NCBI GenBank assembly: GCA_042217555.1
Contig: JBDGSL010000069.1
Location: 1 to 13,652 of the forward strand
Reading direction: 5' to 3'
DNA: 13,652 nt
Origin: Candidatus Nanohalobium sp.
Lineage (GTDB): Archaea > Nanohalarchaeota > Nanosalinia > Nanosalinales > Nanosalinaceae
Shown piece by piece: positions 7,086 to 13,652 of the stretch (within the stretch, counting starts at the first letter, position 1; every line of letters starts with the position of its first letter). A model generated the notes under the pieces. That model was not told the DNA's origin, searched no databases, and saw only the letters and a program-made list of their open reading frames with translations. Position numbers and translations under genes: made by a program.

Positions 7086-7563
7086 TGGAGTTCACCTCAT
7101 GGCCGTGACGCGTACACCACTCGCTTTCATCATCTGAGGGAGAAAGCCGGGTACATACAACTGCAAGAGAAGTGTTAAGCCTTTCAACCGTTTTTGACAT
7201 GTTCGGCTCTGCTCTCTCCTCCTCAAGCCGGTTTCTCAAATCCTTCACGGTACTGTTCCTCTCACCAAGCATATCTCTAACCCTCTCCAGTTCAGAACTT
7301 TTATCCTCTACAACCTTCTTCAAACGAGACACATTATCTTTCAAAGAGCTTAAACGTGCAGTCCTGTTCGATACAACTGCTTCAAGTCTTTCTACCTCCC
7401 TTGACTTCTCCTGCAAGCTCTGATTTATTTCCCTTTTAATGTCGTGTGCTTCCGACAGCTTATCCTGGTATACAACGGAGACTCCTGCCAGCAGAGACAG
7501 GGCTGCGACCGTGGAGATAAGCAGAAGCGGGTTAAGCCGTCTCTTAAGTATCGGTGTGGACAT
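7075..7563 (-). CDS. Membrane-anchored coiled-coil protein (162 aa)
   Basis: Basic N-terminus, TM/signal segment PLLLISTVAALSLLAGVSVVY, a long heptad region with several N-x-S/T sequons, and a C-terminal Cys pair. Confidence 0.8.
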   Translation of the reverse strand: MSTPILKRRLNPLLLISTVAALSLLAGVSVVYQDKLSEAHDIKREINQSLQEKSREVERLEAVVSNRTARLSSLKDNVSRLKKVVEDKSSELERVRDMLGERNSTVKDLRNRLEEERAEPNMSKTVERLNTSLAVVCTRLSPSDDESEWCTRHGHEVNSSEG

Positions 7564-7653
7564 CTCTACATCAACAATGGTTTCCGGCCGGTTTTAACTT
7601 TTTAGACAGTATACTATTTTTAAGTAGAAGCAGTTTCAATTACTTTCTTGAAT

Positions 7654-9300
7654 ATGAGCCATGGAGGCAGCCTTCCAGACACCTGCAAGTTCGGACACAT
7701 AATCGAGTCCGAGGGAGGAAACAAAGGATTGAAGAAAAAGATCAGGAAAGGAGAAATAGAAACCCTGTCCGACCTGAGAGAAGAAGACGCAGGCATAATA
7801 GACCTTCTGGGAAAATGGAAACACATCAAGGTATCTGCAGGAAGCCAGGGAGACGGTTTCAAAGCCGTATTTATCGCTGTAGACGAACTTGATACAGGTA
7901 AAGACTTCAATACTCACAAAGTAGACGAGTCTATACATATATCGCCACAAAGCAATTTTCACAGCGAGTTCATGCAGAGGAAGCAGCAGGCCGAGCAGAA
8001 TATCAAGCAGACGATGCAGAGCTACCAGCAGCTTATAAAGCAGAAGCACATGCTGGAACACGATGTCAGAAAACTGAGGAGCCGTGTAGAGGCGATAGAG
8101 TCAAAGGATGAGACATTGCTTAAAGGCGACTTTATCGAGCTTGTGGACGGCGCCGGACAGAGCCCACGTCAGGGAGGCGACCAGATGAGTTTGAAGGCGT
8201 ACCGCGACCAGAACATCTATCCTTCTATCGTAGCGGACTTCAACGAGATGGAATCTGTAGACGACCTGAAGACAGCCAAGCAGAAGGCCGAGGATGCAGA
8301 AGACAAAGACCCTGAGGACTTCAGGGACGGCGCGCTAGCTGAACTGCCGACGAACGAGAAAGCTGTGTTGAAGAAGAAGTACAGGATGTACCAGCAGTGG
8401 AAAGACCTGTACGGTTCAGAAGTCTCCCGGAAACTGGACGAACTGAAAGGCCAGCTGAGGAACGTGGAACGAAGTATCGAGGAGACAAAAGAATGGCTTA
8501 AGCCGTACGTCAGGGACGTATCGATGATAAACAAGATGGGTGACGACCAGGCAAATCTGACAGGCCCAACCAATATACGTGGAAACTCTACGATGATCAG
8601 AAGCCTGGACTACATACTGTACAAAGGTATGCGGCTGGAAGACGGAGAACTGACGTATGCAGAAGGCGAGGAAGCCACACATTACAGAGTAGTATACATC
8701 AAAGGAGTTAACGCCAACCTGGCCGGGTTTTCACAGCCACAGTCACCAGCTGAAGGACCTTCCGCAGGCATCGTCCAATGGTTCCCGGCGTTCGTATGCA
8801 AACACGTGTTCGAGAACATATTCAAGCCAAGAATCAACGAACACGAAAACAAAGTAGAGGAAGTTATGGAAGACTATGTCGGAGGATTCAAACCCTCCAA
8901 AGAAGGAAAAACACTCAGAGATAAACGCCAGGAAGAAGAGATGTCAGTAAGAGAACTCAGAGAAAAAATAGAGGAAGAACTAGAGGAAGAAAACGTACCT
9001 GTAGAGCTCTCAGCCCAGATAAGACGGATAGAAGACGGTATGGAACCTGTCAACACTCTTAACGGAAAATACCTGGAAGCCATAGACAGCATACTTGACA
9101 CCGAGTTCACAGAAGACGAAGACAACAGAGACAATGAAATGGTCAGCGGACTGCAGGAAAAACTTCTGAAGTTCACAGGGAAAACCGACCCCTTCTACAT
9201 GGAAAACCCTGAACAAGGCCTGATAGAACACGAAGTAGACCTCAGATACGACTACTACTGGGGATTCAAAATAGGCCTCGGACTTTACACAATGAAGTGA
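7654..9300 (+). CDS. Uncharacterised coiled-coil protein (548 aa) with an XRE-like HTH near the C-terminus
   Basis: Long ORF; ATG 7654 is preferred over TTG 7648, with TATA-like TTTTTAAG at about 7617-7624. It has two coiled-coil stretches and the segment GKTLRDKRQEEEMSVRELREKI...SAQIRRIEDG. Confidence 0.85.
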   Translation: MSHGGSLPDTCKFGHIIESEGGNKGLKKKIRKGEIETLSDLREEDAGIIDLLGKWKHIKVSAGSQGDGFKAVFIAVDELDTGKDFNTHKVDESIHISPQSNFHSEFMQRKQQAEQNIKQTMQSYQQLIKQKHMLEHDVRKLRSRVEAIESKDETLLKGDFIELVDGAGQSPRQGGDQMSLKAYRDQNIYPSIVADFNEMESVDDLKTAKQKAEDAEDKDPEDFRDGALAELPTNEKAVLKKKYRMYQQWKDLYGSEVSRKLDELKGQLRNVERSIEETKEWLKPYVRDVSMINKMGDDQANLTGPTNIRGNSTMIRSLDYILYKGMRLEDGELTYAEGEEATHYRVVYIKGVNANLAGFSQPQSPAEGPSAGIVQWFPAFVCKHVFENIFKPRINEHENKVEEVMEDYVGGFKPSKEGKTLRDKRQEEEMSVRELREKIEEELEEENVPVELSAQIRRIEDGMEPVNTLNGKYLEAIDSILDTEFTEDEDNRDNEMVSGLQEKLLKFTGKTDPFYMENPEQGLIEHEVDLRYDYYWGFKIGLGLYTMK

Positions 9301-9306
9301 AACACA

Positions 9307-12054
9307 ATGGACTTCATACTGAAACGGTTAAAAGACAAGTTTGGAGACGAAGAAGGAGACGAAGAAAGAAACGGTTTCCCCGACCTAAACTACCTGATCG
9401 GAGAATCATCCGCAATGGACATGGGAGAGTTCCCAACACCAATGGACCAGAGAATAGGACAGGCATCAATGGTAGGCGGAGAACTGATGGAACTCCAGAT
9501 CACCAACCCCGCCACATTCGAACTGGAAGGCAACTCCATGATAAGAACCATCGACCAGCTCGGCCTCGACGTAACACTCCACCCAGACATGAACGCAGGA
9601 TTCTGCACAGCAGAAAAAAGCGCCAGAGGAGAAGAATACGGCTACGACACAGTCGAACAATACTTCACAAACTACCTACAAGAACTCGCATACTTCAAAA
9701 AAAGAGTCCAAGAACAAGGCGGAGAAAAACCCTTATTCAACATCGGCCGAATGAACCCACACATATCCACCTCCCCAATGCCTCCTCTCGACGAAAGAAT
9801 GGCCAACGACGTAGGAGTAGACCCATTCGGATTCGAGATAGGCAACGGAGACCAAGACGCGATGAAAGCCAGAAACCACAGAGGGCAAAACATCTGGGAA
9901 AACAAAGAGTTCCTCAAACGAGTATACTACACATTCTTCGTAGAAGAAGTAGAATTCGCATTCCAATACTACAGCATGTTCGGCCGATACTCAAACAAAT
10001 TCGAAAAAATATGGGAAGACGCACAGAGAGAAGCTACAAATAAATTCTACAAACACAGAACCGAACAACTACCTGATAGATTATACAATGAAGTTCAAGA
10101 GAAAATCAAGATTCTAAGGACTGCTCAGGCACAAGATAGAGGGATAGAAACCGACTGGTTGGACATACTAGACGATAAGACAATCCAATTTCCTTTCTAT
10201 ACTGTGGTCACTGAGTCCAAAACGGAGGAATTCGAAGATCCTACCGGCAATACTAGAGAAAGAATATCAGAAGTAGAAATTACAGACATACAAACAGAGT
10301 ATCGAGAAGTTCCTCCAGAATTCCTAAGAGAAAGAGGCTTCCGAAGCTTCCAGCAAATGTCTCAAGCCGTTCACAGTGTAGAAAACATGAATCAGATACC
10401 GCAAGAAATGTTCGAAAACATAATAGTCGATATCATAGACGAAAACGACGTAGACGTCAGCCATTTATTGAGGCTTGGCGCCAGGGATACTTTAGACGAG
10501 AAATTTGCCGAAGACATGGATAAAACACGTGAAAGTCTCTATAATTCACTCAAGTCAGGTTTTAACGAGCTTTGGACCGGCGATGAAATAATTTCCATAG
10601 ACGCAAAAATAGCAGCTCTAGAGAATCATCACGATATTCAACCGAGAAGGATTCAGGAGATTGCGTATGAGGTTGGTATTGAGGGAGATAAGACGTTAGA
10701 TCATCATGCTGAGAAAGTTTTCATGGGAGAGCCTGAGTATTTCGAGACGGAGGGGCCGGAGGAGGATCTGGAGCTTGACAAGCATAAGGAGCTTTTGAAG
10801 AACCTGATTCAGAACTTTGAAAGGGAGATGTGGAAGGAGTCGAATCTTTTCTACAAGATTATCCCGGCCTGGATGAGTCAGGCCAATAAGCTTCAAAACG
10901 ACAAGCATAACGGGTGGAAAGCACCAGAGTTCATCTGGGAAACTATCGTTGAGGACAAGTGGGAAGATCGTGACGACGTTAACCTGGATTTAACTTCTCC
11001 TCGTAATGGCATCTTTGACGACGATGACGAAGATACCTATCACTACCTTGATCTGTTGGAGGAGAGTGAGGAGTTCCGTATGGATGTGGCTGCGGCTGTC
11101 GGTGCTTGTTATGCGTGGGGGCATTATACGCAGAGGAAGGTTCAGTTTGATTTGAAGGGCCGTGACTTCGGTTTAAGTGATGAGGAGGCTCAGGAAGTTG
11201 AGGGCGAAGGCTGGACCTGGATCGAGTGGACGAACCGTTTTGGTCTTGGCGTGAATCTGGAGACTATGGCGGGCAGTCCTCAGATGCGTTTCAAGGTGTG
11301 GAGGCCGAAGGATATCTCTGTGACAGCTCATGCCATCAACCTTACTGCCAGGACCAAGCTGGAGAGGGATGGTGAGCTAGGTGGATTAGATCATATGCAT
11401 GAGGAGTTGGATGGGTGTCCTGCGAAGTTCACGATCGATATGGAGCATGTAGCGACTTTGGGCGCGCCGCCTATGCATGAGATGGAGGAGTTTATGCAGC
11501 AGGAGGAAGAGTTGGCAGGTTCCGACTGGAAGCTTGATATTGACGAGGATAAGCCTGTTGCCAAGATAATGAGGCAGATACATCTCATAGATCCTGGTGT
11601 AGAATCTCAGAGAGGAACACACCATGGAGCCATTGAGAGAGGGAACAGGCAACTTTACACGTGGCTTTACCGTTTTGTAGAAGAAGGATTTGCGCGTAAC
11701 GAAGACGAGCCTGCTACGATCCTCTTCGAACTTGCGGAACACAAGGGAGAGTCCAGCTACGTAATGAGGATTATGATGGATCTTATACAGCTTGGAGTAG
11801 AACCTGAAGACCTTGACCCCTCACGCGTCGACCCGGGCAGCAAACCAGGTTCAGAGGAGGAAGCACTTATCGCCCGCTTCTACGGAATCGACAGAACAAA
11901 CTACAACCGTGAATGGGCCAAGATAGAAGAACACGCATTCGACCCACTGAAAGGCTTGCTGGAAGCTGAAGAGTTTGACTACAGCTACTCAGGAAGAGCT
12001 GCAGTAGAGAACGACAACCGGCCGCAGGAATGGAATTCAGAGGAGTACCGGTAG
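9307..12054 (+). CDS. Large TIM-barrel protein of the xylose-isomerase-like / AP-endonuclease-2 superfamily, with a big internal insertion
   Basis: Strand-end motifs appear in superfamily order: VTLHPD, MNPHIS, [about 490 aa gap], VNLETM, FTIDMEHV, QIHLID, HHGAIERGN, ILFE. It starts 6 nt after the previous stop. Confidence 0.75.
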   Translation: MDFILKRLKDKFGDEEGDEERNGFPDLNYLIGESSAMDMGEFPTPMDQRIGQASMVGGELMELQITNPATFELEGNSMIRTIDQLGLDVTLHPDMNAGFCTAEKSARGEEYGYDTVEQYFTNYLQELAYFKKRVQEQGGEKPLFNIGRMNPHISTSPMPPLDERMANDVGVDPFGFEIGNGDQDAMKARNHRGQNIWENKEFLKRVYYTFFVEEVEFAFQYYSMFGRYSNKFEKIWEDAQREATNKFYKHRTEQLPDRLYNEVQEKIKILRTAQAQDRGIETDWLDILDDKTIQFPFYTVVTESKTEEFEDPTGNTRERISEVEITDIQTEYREVPPEFLRERGFRSFQQMSQAVHSVENMNQIPQEMFENIIVDIIDENDVDVSHLLRLGARDTLDEKFAEDMDKTRESLYNSLKSGFNELWTGDEIISIDAKIAALENHHDIQPRRIQEIAYEVGIEGDKTLDHHAEKVFMGEPEYFETEGPEEDLELDKHKELLKNLIQNFEREMWKESNLFYKIIPAWMSQANKLQNDKHNGWKAPEFIWETIVEDKWEDRDDVNLDLTSPRNGIFDDDDEDTYHYLDLLEESEEFRMDVAAAVGACYAWGHYTQRKVQFDLKGRDFGLSDEEAQEVEGEGWTWIEWTNRFGLGVNLETMAGSPQMRFKVWRPKDISVTAHAINLTARTKLERDGELGGLDHMHEELDGCPAKFTIDMEHVATLGAPPMHEMEEFMQQEEELAGSDWKLDIDEDKPVAKIMRQIHLIDPGVESQRGTHHGAIERGNRQLYTWLYRFVEEGFARNEDEPATILFELAEHKGESSYVMRIMMDLIQLGVEPEDLDPSRVDPGSKPGSEEEALIARFYGIDRTNYNREWAKIEEHAFDPLKGLLEAEEFDYSYSGRAAVENDNRPQEWNSEEYR

Positions 12055-12123
12055 TTAATTCTACATCAACAAAAACCAACAGTAAAAGTTTTTCTACCTC
12101 AAAGTAACAAATATTTAGTAAGG

Positions 12124-12145
12124 TTTTTAAGGCTGCGGTTTTAAA
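12124..12145 (+). promoter_or_regulatory. Tandem TATA-like boxes upstream of the nucleotidyltransferase gene
   Basis: TTTTTAA (12124-12130) and TTTTAAA (12139-12145) precede the ATG at 12164. Confidence 0.5.
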
Positions 12146-12163
12146 CTAAGATCATGTGGTACC

Positions 12164-13429
12164 ATGAGTTCTAAGGATAAGATGAAGGAGATGCGGGAGA
12201 AATCTCAGGAAAGGAGGATGGAGAGCGCTCAGGAGTTCTCTGACAAGCTTCTTGATAAACTGGGGGATAAAGTGAAGGTTGTTGCTGTGTGGGGTAGCGT
12301 GGCGAAAGGAGAGCATGGCCACGACTCTGATATCGACACCCTTGTTGTTTTAGATGATACTAAGTTACAGAAGGATGTTCCTGATGATGCGAAGAAAAAG
12401 ATAAGGAGAAAGGTTACCAACCTGGCGAAGGAGACGGACGACAGGATCACTATACAGTACTTTCCTTTCCTAACGGAGTTCTGGGACTCACTGAGAAAGG
12501 GCGAACCTCTTGCCATTGAAGCTGTAAGAAATGGAGAAGCAGTGTACGATACCGGGATCTTCATGCCGGCGAAGAGGCTTCTAGAGAGAGGAAAAATCTC
12601 CGGGACACAGGAATCAGTGAAGAAGCGTTTGAAGCTTGGAGCCGCCGGCTACAAGAAGGCGGAGAAGACTATGCGGTCCTCACTTCCTCACAAGCTTGAG
12701 CAGGCGATGGCGAACGCCGGTCAGGCACCTATCATGCTTTCCGGGGCGAATCCTCCTCCGAAGGAGAAGGTTCCTGAGAAGCTTGAGGAGATGTTCGTTG
12801 AAAAAGACATGCTTGAGGAAGAGTTCGTTGAGAAAGCTCAGGAGATATACGACTTCGGGGACAGAGGAGAGAAGAACCCTGATGAGGTTAAGGGCGAGGA
12901 ACTTGAGGAGATGATGCAGAAGACTGACGACTTCGTCCGAAGGATGCACAAGCTGGTCTCCCAGATGGGAGCAAGAAAAAAGGTGAAAGGCATTGTCAAC
13001 GACTACAAGAAGTTCTTGAAGGCCAATGTCGCCGCCCTGAAAGCACAGGATGTAGAACCTCCGGAAGACAAAGACGATCTTCCAGAGGTAGTTGCGGAAA
13101 ACCTTGATGTAGACGATGAACACGTGGAGATGTTCAACCGATGGGAGGAAGTCGTGGAAAAGGTCAAGGACAAAGACATGGAATCCGTTGAAGACAAGGA
13201 AATCTACGAACTGAAGAACGAAACCAAAGAGTTCGTCAAGAAAGTATCCAAGAACTACCAGAAGATGAAGGAAGAAAAGGCAGAAGAAGCAGAGAAAATG
13301 GCTCCAGACATGGACACAACCAGCGTCGCCAAAGCCGCAGACACAGAAGAAATGATCCCCAACCTCCAGCAAAAAGCAGAGAAAGAAGCAGAAAGCAAAG
13401 ACGAAGAAGAAAAAGAAGAGGAGAAATAG
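12164..13429 (+). CDS. Pol-beta-superfamily (MNT-like) nucleotidyltransferase fused to a HEPN-like helical domain and an acidic tail
   Basis: VAVWGSVAKGEHGHDSDIDTLVVLDD carries the GS...DxD motif. It is followed by a helical region (KLEQAMANAGQAPIMLSGANPP...TDDFVRRMHKLV) resembling HEPN/NTase substrate-binding bundles. Confidence 0.85.
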   Translation: MSSKDKMKEMREKSQERRMESAQEFSDKLLDKLGDKVKVVAVWGSVAKGEHGHDSDIDTLVVLDDTKLQKDVPDDAKKKIRRKVTNLAKETDDRITIQYFPFLTEFWDSLRKGEPLAIEAVRNGEAVYDTGIFMPAKRLLERGKISGTQESVKKRLKLGAAGYKKAEKTMRSSLPHKLEQAMANAGQAPIMLSGANPPPKEKVPEKLEEMFVEKDMLEEEFVEKAQEIYDFGDRGEKNPDEVKGEELEEMMQKTDDFVRRMHKLVSQMGARKKVKGIVNDYKKFLKANVAALKAQDVEPPEDKDDLPEVVAENLDVDDEHVEMFNRWEEVVEKVKDKDMESVEDKEIYELKNETKEFVKKVSKNYQKMKEEKAEEAEKMAPDMDTTSVAKAADTEEMIPNLQQKAEKEAESKDEEEKEEEK

Positions 13430-13622
13430 ACCTCTTCCCTCCTCTTCATTCTCTTTCCCCTTCCAGGAAGAAGTACTTGTGGACGTGTCCACGTCCAAGG
13501 CATCTACTTATTCCCTCAGCTCTGATTATCACTTCTGCAGCGTCTACTTACGTACTCCTTCAGGAACTAAAAACCTATCCAGAATAAAACTTAAAGGAGA
13601 AGAAATTAGGAGGTCCGAATCT

Positions 13623-13652
13623 CTACTCTTCCTGCATCTCCTTAATCTTCTT
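13623..13652 (-). CDS. 3' end of a gene entering from beyond the window (...KKIKEMQEE*)
   Basis: Minus strand reads AAG AAG ATT AAG GAG ATG CAG GAA GAG TAG, followed by a pyrimidine-rich, terminator-like tract. Only nine codons are visible. Confidence 0.5.
   Translation of the reverse strand, partial: KKIKEMQEE

Noticed and set aside
9297..10043. 248-aa Arg-rich overlapping ORF
   Set aside because: An alternative-frame artefact of T depletion, which removes stop codons. The composition is implausible for this acidic proteome.
12680..13498. 272-aa Phe/Leu-rich minus-strand ORF (also 13255..13503)
   Set aside because: Antisense shadow of the GAA/AAG-rich NTase gene.
13500..13550. TCTACT-containing repeats as a mini CRISPR array
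   Set aside because: Only two imperfect 11-bp copies, too short for CRISPR repeats, and no cas genes in the window.
13430..13620. tRNA, SRP RNA, RNase P RNA or hammerhead ribozyme
   Set aside because: No cloverleaf or GTTCRA T-loop, no SRP helix-8 or RNase P consensus, and no CUGANGA core on either strand.

Overview
Gene-dense archaeal DNA encoding very acidic (D/E-rich) proteins, with TTTTAA/TTTAAA-type promoters and short or absent leaders. This fits a halophilic DPANN archaeon (Nanohaloarchaeota-like; inferred, not searched). In order, the window holds: the 3' part of a membrane-anchored protein, an archaeal HTH regulator, small hypothetical genes, a histone-fold protein with a coiled-coil tail, an MFS transporter, a calcineurin-like phosphoesterase, a DUF58/MoxR cluster with two membrane proteins, and three + strand genes (a 548-aa coiled-coil protein with an XRE-like HTH, a 915-aa AP-endonuclease-2/xylose-isomerase-like TIM barrel, and a nucleotidyltransferase with a HEPN-like domain). 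The best-supported unannotated feature is a 321-bp non-autonomous IS200/IS605-family element (2230-2550, minus strand) inserted after codon 14 of the MFS gene. Both end hairpins and their guide/cleavage tetranucleotides are intact, and precise removal restores a 390-aa ORF. The interior appears non-coding and looks like a promoter plus a structured RNA, possibly a stand-alone TnpB omega-RNA-like guide cassette.
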